The notes: generated by a model not told the origin, from the sequence alone. A DNA stretch of 64,000 nt from an uncultured Acidobacteriota bacterium (GCA_963827655.1 CAWHCF010000020.1:32001-96000), one strand, 5' to 3'. Positions 10,158-21,217 are shown, counted from the first letter of the stretch. A program made the numbers and translations.

Positions 10158-10221
10158 CGATTTATGGCTGTCGACGAACGTGGACCATGGATCGTCAATC
10201 GTCAATCGTCAATCGTCAATC
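10145..10221. repeat. Inverted ATTGACG heptamer arrays between convergent genes
   Basis: gattgacgattgacgat...atcgtcaatcgtcaatcgtcaatcgtcaatc; includes the CocE stop codon. Confidence 0.85.
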
Positions 10222-10222
10222 T

Positions 10223-11023
10223 TTATCGGCCCTGGTAGTTCGGCTCTCGCTTCTCGGCGAAAGCGCGGGGACCCTCGCGCGCGTCGTCCGACGCAAGAAC
10301 CTCTGCGGCCCAGCGCAGCTCTTCATCGAATGCCTTGTCCAGCGGCAGTTCCAGGCAGGCCCGCACGGCGCGCTTGATATTCCGCACCGCGAGAGGACCG
10401 TTGGCCGCAATACGCGCGGCCAGGCCGTTCACTGTGTCCCAGAGCTGCGACGGCGGTACGACCCGGTTGATCAGCCCCGCAGCCAGAGCCTCGCGAGCCG
10501 TCAATCTCCCTCCCGTGAGCAGTATCTCCATCGCCCACGGGAAGGGAATCTGACGCGGCAGGCGCACAACGGAGCCTCCCGCGGGAAACAGTCCCCAGCG
10601 CGGCTCCTGAAGGGAAAACACGGCTCCCTCGACTGCCACCCGCAGGTCGCATGCGTTTAACAACTCGACGCCCCCGGCGTAGCAGAGGCCGTTCACCGCA
10701 GCGATCAAAGGCTTGGAGAGCTGTCCCTGCTTGAGAAATGCGCGCTGCAGCGAGGTCATGTCCGACAGCGTCCGGTAAGGATCTTTCGATTTACGCAAAT
10801 CATCGGTCAGGATCGGGATCAGCTCCTTCAGGTTGGCGCCGGAACAGAAGGCCCGGTCTGCCTCGCCGGTCATCACCACCACCCGCACACGGTCGTCCGC
10901 TTCCAGCTGGTCCCAAAGCTCCGCCAGGGTCTGGAGATCGGCCAGGAAGAGCGCGTTGAGGCTTTCCGGGTTGGCAATGGTCACAGTGGCGGTATAGCCA
11001 TTCCTTTCGACACGGATGGTCAT
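10223..11023 (-). CDS. Enoyl-CoA hydratase/crotonase (EchA19-like)
   Basis: AFCSGANL, KPLIAAVNG, AGGVEL, CDLRVA, EPRWGLFP, EGPRAFAEKREP. Confidence 0.92.
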   Translation of the reverse strand: MTIRVERNGYTATVTIANPESLNALFLADLQTLAELWDQLEADDRVRVVVMTGEADRAFCSGANLKELIPILTDDLRKSKDPYRTLSDMTSLQRAFLKQGQLSKPLIAAVNGLCYAGGVELLNACDLRVAVEGAVFSLQEPRWGLFPAGGSVVRLPRQIPFPWAMEILLTGGRLTAREALAAGLINRVVPPSQLWDTVNGLAARIAANGPLAVRNIKRAVRACLELPLDKAFDEELRWAAEVLASDDAREGPRAFAEKREPNYQGR

Positions 11024-11171
11024 AGCAGAGCGTCCTCCGGATTTGAGTGGTGGCCTATCGGATACCGCGGAGACTAATGGACCCCGCGGGCCGAATTCTC
11101 TCTTGTCGGCTCGTCCATAGTACCGCTCTCGTTGCCGCGGCATGGGTGAAATTTGCCGGTCCCCTGAGCCA

Positions 11172-11235
11172 GCCACGAATTCCACGAATTTCACGAAACT
11201 TAAGTTGGCTCTGTGAAATTCGTGTAATCCGTGGC
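11172..11235. repeat. Inverted CCACGAATT nonamer repeat
   Basis: gccacgaattccacgaatttcacg...gtgaaattcgtgtaatccgtggc. Confidence 0.7.
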
Positions 11236-11510
11236 AGACGCCTTGCTCTCTGGTTATTGGAAAATCTTGCCCGGAAAAGAAGATGTTTTCTCTTGTTATT
11301 CAGAAACGACCCGAACTATTGAGTCCGACACAATGGTCATGGACATCTTCGACAGTTCCGAACGAGCGACATCGAAGCGGCCTGGTAGATTTGGCTTGAC
11401 AATCCATTCCCGCGGCTGTTAGTCAGGCAACCAACTGGAGTCCACAACTTCCATAAAATCCCCCGCCGCTTGCAGGCGGCAGTTTTGGTCCATCCAGACG
11501 TGGAGGAATT

Positions 11511-14500
11511 ATGAAAGTTGCTGTGGCTTTCCAAAGCTTGACCCTCATGCTGCTCGTTTGCGCAAGCAGTTTCTCGCAAGGAACCACCGGCACGATTCTG
11601 GGCTCTGTCAGAGACCAATCAGGCGCGGCGGTGCCAGGCGTCACCATAACCGTCACCGATCAAGCAACGACATTGTCGCGGACAACATTGAGCAACGAAG
11701 TTGGCGACTATACCGTCTCGCTTCTGCCCCCTGGGGTCTATTCAGTAACGGCGGAACTGGCCGGCTTCAGAAAAGCTATTCAATCCGATGTGGCGTTGCA
11801 GGTCGCACAAAAGGCTCGGATCGATCTGGTCATGGAAGTCGGGGCAGCCGATCAATCCGTCAGTGTAACAGCGCGGGCGGCATTGACCGACACTGCTTCG
11901 GCGGAGATCGGTACCGTGGTCGACACGCGAAAGGTACACGAACTCCCTTTGAATGGCCGCAATTTTTTCGGCTTGACGTTGCTCTCCCCCGGTTCGGTTC
12001 AAAGCAGATCCACTCTGGTGGGCCAGGGCCTATGGGAGGGCGCCGTTCACGTCAGCGGCGCCGGGAGCTATGCGAACAACTATCAGATCGAGGGGATTGA
12101 TAATAACGAGCATCTAACTACGGCGATCAAGCTCAACCCGTCGGTCGACGCGATTCAAGAGTTCCGCATGCAGTCCAGCAATTACTCGGCCGAATATGGA
12201 AGGGGGGGAGGCGCCCAGGTCAACATCGCGATCCGTAGCGGAACCAACGAATTTCACGGCACGGTATTCGAATTCCTTCGAAACGACAATCTGGACGCGC
12301 GCAACTTTTTCGACCGCGCGCCGAAGCGCCCGGAGTTCAAGCTCAATGACTTCGGCGGCACCTTCGGCGGACCGATCGTCAGAAACAGAGCTTTCTTCTT
12401 CTTTTCCTACGAGGGGCTGAGGAGCGGCAAAGGCCTCACAAGCACCCAGACGGTTCCGACGCTTGGTCAGCGCCAGGGCGATCTGTCTGGCGGACCGGTT
12501 ATTTACGATCCTGCGACGACGCGACCGGATCCCGGCAATCCAGGCGCCTTCATCCGGGATCCCTTTCCCAACAACCTGATTCCGCTCAACCGGATTAATT
12601 CTACGTCGCGCAACATGCTGATCGGAGAGTTCGCGCTCTATCCGTTGCCGAATGCACCGGGAATCGTACGAAATTTCTCTTTTGCTCCCACCCAGATCAA
12701 CACGAAGAACCAGTTCGTGAGCAAGATCACATATCGCCTCTCCGAAAAGGACAATCTCAATCTGGCCTGGATCTATGAGGATCACCCAAGCATTCAACCG
12801 TTCTCGTTTACTGCCCCGCTCCCGGGCTTCCAGAGCATCATAAATTTCGAAAACCACAACATCTCGCTTGAGCGAGGTTCACACCTTCAGCCCCAGGGTC
12901 GTCAATGAACTCCGGATTGGAGCAAGTCTGTACCGGGACTTTTTTGGCGAAGAGCGCAGCGATATCCCTTTTGCGGACGCGCTTCCCATCTATGGAGTGG
13001 TCCAGACGGACGGGATCTCCCCGAGTGTCGATCGCAGGTTTTTCAATTACGGGAACCGGCACCAACCTTCCTCAGGGCCGAAGCAACAACAACTATCAAA
13101 TCACCGACAGCCTCACCTACATCGTTAGCAAACATGTGGTCAAGCTCGGGATCGATATTCGCAGAGCCCAGCAAAACGGGGGCTTTATCGGCCCGACTAA
13201 TTCCCGGGGTATGTTCAGTTTTACTCCCCGATTCACAACGGACCCGCAAAACCGTGGCACTACGGGACAGGCCATGGCCGATTTTCTACTGGGTTATCCC
13301 ACCGTTGCTGTGCGCGGCATTGGAGATCTCCATCAATACTTCCGGAATACAAACTGGGGCGGCTATTTCCAGGATGACTGGAAGATTGCCTCGGATCTTA
13401 CGCTGAATCTGGGCCTGCGTTACGAGTACAACTCTCCTCCGAACGAGATCGAGAACAAGATCGCCAATTTCTGGCCCGATCGCTACGCAACCAGAACAGC
13501 TTCGGTAGTGGCTCCCAATTATCCAGGGCTGGTTTACCCGCACGATCCAGGCACACCCGATTCCGGAGCTCTCTTCTTCGGAGACAAGAACAATTTCGCC
13601 CCGCGTTTAGGCTTTGCTTATCGCGTTTTCGGGAGGGACGATTTTGTCATCCGGGGCGGAGCCGGGATCTTTTATTACATGATTCCGCAACAGTACCCAT
13701 CCAGCCAGGCTCTGAACCTTCCTTTTCTGAGAACAGAGACCTTTCAGTCGGATTTGACATTTCCCGATTTGCAATTCCCCGACCCGTTTCCGGCCGCGCT
13801 AGCCAGTTTCGCAGTCTCGCCCAGTTCCGTAATCGACAAGGACTATCGAGATGGTTACATCCAGCAGTTCAGTCTCGGCATTCAAAAATCCTTGCCGCGC
13901 TGGGACCTGGTCATACAGCCGGCCTATGTCGGCTCGAAAGGCACGAAGATCATCGAATTTCGGCAGATCAATCAGCCCCGTCCAGGTCCGGGGCCCATTC
14001 AGGCTTCGAAGACCATTCCCCGAATACGGCCCGATGACCATGCTGGAATCCAGTTCAAGTTCGACCTATCACTCCTTCCAGTTAAGAGCCGAGAAGAGAA
14101 TGTCCAAAGGACTTTCCTTTTTGTCCTCCTACACCTGGTCCAAGCTCATCGATTGGGGTTACACATCCATGTATGAAGGGAATCAAACCGTGATCGACCC
14201 TTACAACGTCAGGGCATCGATGCGGGGAAGAGGGACCAGCGATCTGAGACATCGTTACGTGCTGAGCTATCTCTACGAGCTGCCCTTCGGCCGGGGCAAG
14301 GCACTGGGTGGCGGGCTCACCGGACCACTGGAAAAGATCATCTCCGGATGGCTGTTGACCGGCATAAGCACATTTCAGAGCGGTTTTCCCCTCACCGCCA
14401 CTCTCTCTTTTGACAACACCAACACAGGCGGGCTGAACATACCGGACCGCATCACGAATCCCCAGCTGCCCAGTTCTGAGCGAAGCTATCGATCGATGGT

Positions 14501-14781
14501 TTGACACGGGCGCTCTTGCGCTCCCTCCGCAATTTGTTCAAGGCAATGCGGGCAGGAACTACATGGATGCTCCCGGGTACAAGAATTTCGACATCGGCCT
14601 GATCAAGAATATGCGTGTCGGAGAGGACACGCTGATCCAATTTCGAGCTGAATTCTTCAATGCCTTCAATAACGTGAACTTCGATCCTCCCGACATGGTT
14701 TTCGGAGTGCAGACGTTCGGGAGAATATCCAGCGCTGGTCTGTCACGGGAGATTCAGTTCGGTCTGAAAGTGCAATTCTGA
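11511..14781 (+). CDS. TonB-dependent receptor with carboxypeptidase-regulatory-like N-domain (OAR-like); several frameshifts
   Basis: GTILGSVRDQSGA, ELPLNGRNF, PSVDAIQEF, NYSAEYGR, YFQDDWK, NNFAPRLG, QFRAEFFN, REIQFGLKVQF across about 5 ORF fragments. Confidence 0.9.
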
Positions 14782-14792
14782 TGGAGTGAAAA

Positions 14793-16628
14793 ATGAAAAA
14801 TGGTCGACTGTACGGATTGTTCTTCTGCGCACTCGTGGCTGCGAGTTTCCGTCCGTCATGGGCGCAGAAGCCGGATGCTGGTAAATATTCGCCGGAACGA
14901 TTCGAGGTTAAGTCAGCGCGAGGTTACATGGTGCCAATGCGAGACGGCGTCCGCCTATCGGTCGATATTTATCAGCCGACTTCGCCCGACCGGTATCCGG
15001 CGATTCTTAGCCACACACCTTACAACAACATCGGCGGAAATATGGCAGACCGAGCGAAATGGTTCGCTCGGCGCGGTTACGTGGTTGCTCTTTCGGATGC
15101 CCGAGGGCGATTTGATTCCGAAGGACAGTGGGATCCCTTTACTGACAAGCACAAGAGCGATGGTTACGATTTGGTGGAATGGATCGCCAAACAGCCCTGG
15201 TGCAACGGATCCGTAGGCATGATGGGAGGATCGTACCTGGGTTGGACTCAATGGTGGACGGCCTCCGAGGCTCCTCCCCATCTGAAGGCCATTGCCCCGC
15301 AGGTTGCTCCTCCGGACCAATTCAGAAATACCCCCTATCAGAACGGCATTCTGGTCAGCTGGGTAGTGGATTGGATGGCCGGCCTCGCCGGGCGAACGGC
15401 TCAAGTGGTGGGTCCGGGGCCCTACTCGGGCTTCACCGCGTCTAGAGCCAAAAACATGCTGCACCTGCCCAATATCGAGATCAACGAAATCATGGGGGCG
15501 CTGGATGCTCCCTGGTATAAGGAATGGATTCGCAATAACACCAACACGGACTACTGGAAGAGAATCGCCTATCAGGACAAATACTCAAAGATCACGGTTC
15601 CCGCGCTTAACATCTCGGGTTGGTTCGATGCCGATTTTCCAGGTTCCCCGATGAACTATATGGGGATGAGGAAACAGGGCGCAACGCCCGAGTCGCGACA
15701 ACCCAAGTTGATCCTGGGTCCGTGGCCACACTCGATCAACACGGACCGAGTCCTCGCCGGGTTCGACTACGGGGCTGATTCGTTGATCGATTTGGACGGG
15801 TATATCTGCCGCTGGTTTGATTACTGGCTCAAAGGCATCAAGAACGGCGTGTCGGAGGACCCCCCGGTTTATGTTTTCGTAATGGGAACCAACAAATGGT
15901 ACGCCGAAAAAGAGTGGCCCTTACCGCAGACGCAATGGACCAAGTACTACCTGGACAGTTCCGGGCGGGCCAATTCGCTGAAGGGCGACGGCACGCTTGG
16001 CACGACACCTCCTTCCGGCAAGCCTTTTGACAGCTATCGATATGATCCGTCACACCCGACTCGAAGTCCGTTCACAGGCGGCCATATCGATGGCGCGGTC
16101 GACACACGCCTGCCCGCAATCGGCGACGACGTCCTGGTATACACAACACCGCCTTTAGCCCAACCGATCGAAGTGACCGGGCCCATCGTTGCTAAACTCT
16201 ACGCCGCAACCTCGGCCCGGGACACCGATTGGATGGTACGGTTGATTGACGTCTACCCTGATGGGTATGCGGCTCTGCTTTGCGACGGTGTGATTCGCGC
16301 TCGCTACCGCGACCCCGACAATCACGGAGCCTTCACAGCCGAAAGACTGAGTGAGATTGAGCCGAACCAGGTCTACGAATACACCATTGATTTCTGGCGA
16401 GCGACGGGCAATGTGTTCCAGGTTGGACACCGGATTCGCGTGGAACTGTCGAGCAGCTATTTCCCTTACTATCTGAGGAACCTGAACACCGGCGCAGCCA
16501 ACAATGGACTGGAGACCCGCCTCGTCGTTGCCGACCAGAAGGTCTACCATTCGCGTGAGTACCCATCGCACATCACATTGCCCGTGATTCCGGCGCGGGA
16601 AATACGGCAATCGAAGAGAACCAATTAA
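14793..16628 (+). CDS. Exported CocE/NonD-family hydrolase
   Basis: VPMRDGVRL, HTPY, RGRFDSEG, GGSYLG, GWFD, GPWPH; signal peptide. Confidence 0.93.
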   Translation: MKNGRLYGLFFCALVAASFRPSWAQKPDAGKYSPERFEVKSARGYMVPMRDGVRLSVDIYQPTSPDRYPAILSHTPYNNIGGNMADRAKWFARRGYVVALSDARGRFDSEGQWDPFTDKHKSDGYDLVEWIAKQPWCNGSVGMMGGSYLGWTQWWTASEAPPHLKAIAPQVAPPDQFRNTPYQNGILVSWVVDWMAGLAGRTAQVVGPGPYSGFTASRAKNMLHLPNIEINEIMGALDAPWYKEWIRNNTNTDYWKRIAYQDKYSKITVPALNISGWFDADFPGSPMNYMGMRKQGATPESRQPKLILGPWPHSINTDRVLAGFDYGADSLIDLDGYICRWFDYWLKGIKNGVSEDPPVYVFVMGTNKWYAEKEWPLPQTQWTKYYLDSSGRANSLKGDGTLGTTPPSGKPFDSYRYDPSHPTRSPFTGGHIDGAVDTRLPAIGDDVLVYTTPPLAQPIEVTGPIVAKLYAATSARDTDWMVRLIDVYPDGYAALLCDGVIRARYRDPDNHGAFTAERLSEIEPNQVYEYTIDFWRATGNVFQVGHRIRVELSSSYFPYYLRNLNTGAANNGLETRLVVADQKVYHSREYPSHITLPVIPAREIRQSKRTN

Positions 16629-16630
16629 GA

Positions 16631-16720
16631 AATTGGGGGACGTCCTCGTTTACCTCTTTTTGACTGCGGTGTCCGTTGGAGCAGAAAATAGGTAACCGAG
16701 TGGGAGCGTCCCCATTTTCA
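16631..16720. repeat. REP-like inverted repeat between convergent genes
   Basis: aaattgggggacgtcc...gggagcgtccccatttt; related ggggacgtaccc at about 22221. Confidence 0.6.
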
Positions 16721-16724
16721 AGAA

Positions 16725-17213
16725 CTAAAACGAGACCCGCACCGGCATCGGATCATCCACCCGCAGGACAGATTGTTGTTGAAAACTCAGTTTGTAGATC
16801 TCGCGGATTTCTTCGATCCTTAGGCTCTTATCCCTTTGCGCCTCCAACGGGTAGAGCAGGATCAGGACGAAGGTCCGCTCTTGCTCGATCTGGCCCCTGG
16901 AATTGAGGAATCGGCCTATGCCCTCCAGGACTGTCAACCCATCTGGAAATCGCGGGGTGATCACGTCATCGAGGAACCTTTCCCAGTCTCGCCGGCTCAC
17001 CTTCGATCCGTCCGGCTTGTTCCTGCCAAAAAAAAGCTCGGTGCGAACAAACAGTTCCCCGTCGCCTTGCTCCTGACTTGCGGCGCCGTTCTGGGCAACC
17101 GCCGCTACTGAATGGAAGAGAGCAGTCTGATCGAATCCGTAGGACATGGGGGTCACGGCAGAGGTAACGATCAAGGCTAAAACCAGAAACTTGTTGATCA
17201 AGAACTTATTCAT
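16725..17213 (-). CDS. DUF3574 domain protein, exported
   Basis: TELFFGR, FLDDVITPRFPDGLTV, FQQQSVLRVD. Confidence 0.88.
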   Translation of the reverse strand: MNKFLINKFLVLALIVTSAVTPMSYGFDQTALFHSVAAVAQNGAASQEQGDGELFVRTELFFGRNKPDGSKVSRRDWERFLDDVITPRFPDGLTVLEGIGRFLNSRGQIEQERTFVLILLYPLEAQRDKSLRIEEIREIYKLSFQQQSVLRVDDPMPVRVSF

Positions 17214-17327
17214 GCATATCTCCCGTTAAGAAATTCATCCTTACTCTTTGCTGGGTTTTGATGCGAACCGTTCAGGCGGGACGCGATGCCGGCTTGGCTC
17301 GGTTCCGTGAGGATTGCCGGCGCGTCG

Positions 17328-17804
17328 TCATCGATCGAAGATTAGCGAGATAGGGGGGTCTCCAACTCCATGGCATGCATGATTGTTGGAGCTAGCAGTA
17401 AATCGTTTCACGAATTCGTCAGTCAGTCTCACCGGTGCGATGAAGAATGAGTATTGGCACGCGGGTTTATGCCGTCCCTCCTTGTTCAAGGGATTTCCCC
17501 GGTTATGAGAAATTCGTGGTTTCTGGGCATGTTGCGATTCCGTCACTATAAGCAAGAATTGATCTAGGGCTTTCCTCGCTTGCCCTGCTTTTCTACGAGG
17601 GCAACCGGCATTTCGGATTCCCCAGAGCGCGGCGCCCAGGTCGGTCAACCACCGCTTCAGCAAAGCCGCGAGCTCCTCCAGCGATTGGAAATGGGTCACT
17701 CGGCCCGAAGCCACATGTTCGAGGCGGCCGTCGTACCGGCCAGCGACGTCGGTTCCGCCTCGAAACTGCACCACGAATGCCTCAGTGTGTTGCTTTCCAG
17801 TCAT
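17328..17804 (-). CDS. Small hypothetical protein (conserved-looking part about the first 60 aa; true stop uncertain)
   Basis: AFVVQFR...GRLEHVASG...HFQSLEEL pattern; divergent from the regulator. Confidence 0.55.
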   Translation of the reverse strand: MTGKQHTEAFVVQFRGGTDVAGRYDGRLEHVASGRVTHFQSLEELAALLKRWLTDLGAALWGIRNAGCPRRKAGQARKALDQFLLIVTESQHAQKPRISHNRGNPLNKEGRHKPACQYSFFIAPVRLTDEFVKRFTASSNNHACHGVGDPPISLIFDR

Positions 17805-17846
17805 AGCGAGGGGATAATAACAGCGCTCCCCGCAACAAGCGGTTCA

Positions 17847-17868
17847 ATTTCGGTGAGATTTCGGTGAG
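17847..17868 (+). promoter_or_regulatory. Perfect 11-bp tandem direct repeat, candidate wHTH operator
   Basis: ATTTCGGTGAG x2 at the start of an OmpR-type wHTH gene. Confidence 0.55.
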
Positions 17869-20800
17869 AGCCGTGAGGCCAAACCGCGCTATCGCCTTCC
17901 CCCCATTTCGCCTCGATCTGGTCAACCAGCGTCTGTGCCGGGATGAGCAGGTCATCGCGTTGAGGCCGAAGGCCTTTGCCCTCCTGCAATGCCTGTTGGA
18001 GCGCCCGGGCCAGCTGGTGACCAAAGAGCAATTACTCGACCACGTGTGGCCCGAGACCAGTGTCAGTGATGCGGTGCTGAAAGGCTGCATCCGTGAGCTG
18101 CGAGAGGCACTGGCTGACGAGCCTGCGGCGCCCCGCTTCATCGAGACGGCCCATCGGAGGGGCTACCGGTTTATCGGGAAGATCAGCGAAGACAGCGAGT
18201 TGGAGACATCGAGGCGAGGGCCCTCGCTCCCGGCGCCGTCTCTATCTCTCCCGCTTCAGACCCTGGTCGGGCGCGAACTAGAGCTGGCGCAACTAAGAGC
18301 CTGGTTGGAGCGATCGGTCGCCGGCGAGCGCCAGGTGGTCTTTGTCACCGGAGAGCCAGGAATTGGGAAGACGACGCTGGTCGAAGCCTTCCTGCATCAA
18401 GCCGCCTCGAAACCCGGCGTGAGCATTGCGCGCGGGCAGTGTTTGGACCACTACGGCGCCGGGGAAGCTTACTTACCGGTGCTGGAGGCAGTAGGCCGGC
18501 TCTGCCGCGAGCCGGGCGGAGAGCGCTTTGTGACCCTGCTGGCAGAGCGGGCGCCGACCTGGCTGGCTCAGATGCCCGACCTTGCCAGTCCTGCAGAGCG
18601 CGAAGCATTGCAGCGGCACCTTCTCGGCGCCACGCCCCAACGAATGCTGCGCGAGATGGCCGAAGCCTTCGAAGCGCTGGCCTCCCAGACTACCCTGGTA
18701 TTGGTGCTGGAAGACCTGCACTGGAGCGATTACTCCACCCTTGACCTGGTCTCCTATTTGGCGCGGCGGCGGGAGCCGGCGCGGCTCCTTCTTGTCAGCA
18801 CCTACCGGCCAGTGGAAGTGATCTTGAGTGAGCACCCTCTGAAGGCTGTCAAGCAAGAGTTGGCTCTGCATCGGAAGTGCGGTGAACTGACGTTGGAATT
18901 CCTCACCGAAGACGCAGTGTCGGAATATCTGGCGGCGCGGTTTCCCGTGAGCCAGCTTCCAGCCATGCTGGCGCATTTAATTCACCAGCGCACGGATGGC
19001 AATCCGCTTTTTATGGTCAACGTGGTGGATTACTTGCTGGCCCGAAAGTTGTTGGTCGAGACCGACGGACGATGGGAGCTCAAAGTCAAGTTAGAGGAAT
19101 TGGAAGTAGGGGTTCCTGAGAGCATCCACCAGATGATCGAAAAGCAGGTAGATCGGCTAAGCCTGGAGCAACAGCAGATGCTGGAGGCGGCGAGCGTGGC
19201 CGGGGTAGAGTTCTCGGCTGCAGCCGTGGCGGCGGCCTTAGAGGAAGACATGGATGTGGTTGAGGACCGGTGTGAAGGGCTGGCGCGGCGACATCAGTTT
19301 CTCCATCCCATGACGATCGCGGAATGGCCAGACGGGACAGTGACAGCGCGCTATGCCTTTTTTCACGCCCTCTATCAAAGCGTCCTGTATAACCGGGTGC
19401 CGGGAGCCCGCCGCCGGCTCCTCCATCAGCGAATCGGCGAACGCAGCGAGAGAGCTTATCGAGAGCGTGCCGGAGAAATCGCGGCAGAACTGGCGATGCA
19501 CTTCGAGCAGGGACGGGACTACGTCCGGACGGTCAAGTATTTGCGGCAAGCGGCGGAAAATCATTCGCGACGCCACGCCAACCGGGAAGCAATCGGTTAC
19601 CTCAACCGCGCGCTCGATCTGGTCAAGCGATTACCCGAGCCGCAGCGGGCCCATGAACACATGGCGGCGCTCGAGCAATTCGGCATGGTGCGCCGTTCCA
19701 TGGGTGACCTGAAAGGGGCGGCCGACGTCTTCGCCGCCCTGGCGGCGTGCGCCCGGGAACAGTCTCAGGTTGATGAAGAAGTGAAAGCGTTAATCCGTGA
19801 GGCGAGCGTGACCTCCTGGGTCGATCGCGGGCGGTCTCTGACGGCCCTGGAGCGGGCCCTGGAGCTGACTCCCCAGGTGAAAGACGGGTTGCTGCGCGCA
19901 CACGTGCACAGTTACTGGGGGCACTGGTATTCGCGGTTCCGCACATGGCGAGGGGAAGACGCTCAGGCCTGCGTCGCGGTGATTGGGGCGGCGCGGGAGG
20001 CCGGCGAGCGCAGGCTGCTTAGCCTCCACGTCGCGCGCTACCCCTACTATCAGGTCCTGCGATCAGATTACCGGGCGGCCTGCCGCACCGCGGAAGAGGG
20101 GCTGCAACTGGCGGTAGAGGTGGGCGACGTTTTTGATTACATGTATTGCCAGTACTATTGGGCCTGGGCTCTGCTGCATGTGGGAGAGTGGGGCGAAATG
20201 CTCCGCATTCTCGGCGATGGAACCCGGATGGCAGAGAGGAACGAGCACCGCCTGGCCTCGACGCTCTTTCAGCTGGAACTAGCCTGGTTGCACGAGCAGG
20301 CGTTCGACTTCGCGCGGGCGTGCGAGCTGTGTGAGCGCGGGCTTGCTGAGGCGCGGCAGTCTGAGCATGAAACCAACGAATGGCTGAGCCTCATCCTGCT
20401 GGGGATCGCGCATACCGGTCTGGGCCACGGCAAACGCGCGCTCAACTGCTTCAAGGAAATCACCCATCGCGTGGAGCACAAGCACGGCTTGATGGAGTGG
20501 ATCTTTCAGATGCCGCTCCGCCAGGGCCTGAGCGAATACTGGCTGGCGCAGGAGAAGTTCGACCTGGCGCGCCAGGAGGCCGAACGGGTCTGTGAACTGG
20601 CCGCGCCTCCGGGGGAGCGAACTTACCTGGCGCTGGGCCATCGGACGCTGGCTGAAATCGCGCTGGCCGGGCAGGACTGGGACCAGACCGAGGCTGAGCT
20701 GAGGCAAGCGCTGGGAGCGCTCGAAGGGAGCGAAGCGCCGCTGGCCGAATGGCGCGTGTATGCAACCGTCGCGCAGTTTCGCCAGCAGCGCGGCCACAAG

Positions 20801-20944
20801 GCCGAGGCCAAACGCTACTGGACGCGCAGCGCGGCAACCATAAACCGGCTGGCCGAGTCGCTGGTAGAGGCTGGGGAATTGCGCGCGTCGCTGCTCAACC
20901 ATCCGCAAGTGAAAACCATTCTTCGCCACGCTGGTCGCGGTTAG
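17864..20944 (+). CDS. OmpR-type winged-helix + AAA ATPase + TPR transcriptional regulator
   Basis: FRLD...LVTKEQLLDHVW...IETAHRRGYRF; Walker A GEPGIGKT; LEDLHWSD; TDGNPLF; helical C-terminus. Confidence 0.92.
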   Translation: MRAVRPNRAIAFPPFRLDLVNQRLCRDEQVIALRPKAFALLQCLLERPGQLVTKEQLLDHVWPETSVSDAVLKGCIRELREALADEPAAPRFIETAHRRGYRFIGKISEDSELETSRRGPSLPAPSLSLPLQTLVGRELELAQLRAWLERSVAGERQVVFVTGEPGIGKTTLVEAFLHQAASKPGVSIARGQCLDHYGAGEAYLPVLEAVGRLCREPGGERFVTLLAERAPTWLAQMPDLASPAEREALQRHLLGATPQRMLREMAEAFEALASQTTLVLVLEDLHWSDYSTLDLVSYLARRREPARLLLVSTYRPVEVILSEHPLKAVKQELALHRKCGELTLEFLTEDAVSEYLAARFPVSQLPAMLAHLIHQRTDGNPLFMVNVVDYLLARKLLVETDGRWELKVKLEELEVGVPESIHQMIEKQVDRLSLEQQQMLEAASVAGVEFSAAAVAAALEEDMDVVEDRCEGLARRHQFLHPMTIAEWPDGTVTARYAFFHALYQSVLYNRVPGARRRLLHQRIGERSERAYRERAGEIAAELAMHFEQGRDYVRTVKYLRQAAENHSRRHANREAIGYLNRALDLVKRLPEPQRAHEHMAALEQFGMVRRSMGDLKGAADVFAALAACAREQSQVDEEVKALIREASVTSWVDRGRSLTALERALELTPQVKDGLLRAHVHSYWGHWYSRFRTWRGEDAQACVAVIGAAREAGERRLLSLHVARYPYYQVLRSDYRAACRTAEEGLQLAVEVGDVFDYMYCQYYWAWALLHVGEWGEMLRILGDGTRMAERNEHRLASTLFQLELAWLHEQAFDFARACELCERGLAEARQSEHETNEWLSLILLGIAHTGLGHGKRALNCFKEITHRVEHKHGLMEWIFQMPLRQGLSEYWLAQEKFDLARQEAERVCELAAPPGERTYLALGHRTLAEIALAGQDWDQTEAELRQALGALEGSEAPLAEWRVYATVAQFRQQRGHKAEAKRYWTRSAATINRLAESLVEAGELRASLLNHPQVKTILRHAGRG

Positions 20945-21217
20945 GGAACCTTCGCATACAGTCATTCGAGGGCCACAGCAAGACGCCGATGGAGAAAAAC
21001 GAGCCGGTGCACGCGGCTACGAACCGCTTCTGTGGCGGGAAGGGCTTCGATCCGCCGAGCCAGTCGGATATCACCAGTAGCGCCATTATCGGTTCCAATA
21101 CACCTGCGCCAGCAAAGCCCCTCTCGTCTGACTAGCGATTCAGGCGTTCAGCCGCCTCGCGTCTTCTTTGACGTTGGTTGTAGCGTCGTGGGAGCTCGCT
21201 ATTGACAGCTTTTTCGC

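Noticed and set aside
6265-10221. Heptamer arrays or family A repeats as a CRISPR array
   Set aside because: No 23-47-bp direct repeats with unique spacers and no cas genes
20945-21217. Integron attC site beside the TA pair
   Set aside because: No RYYYAAC...GTTRRRY paired boxes and no integrase seen
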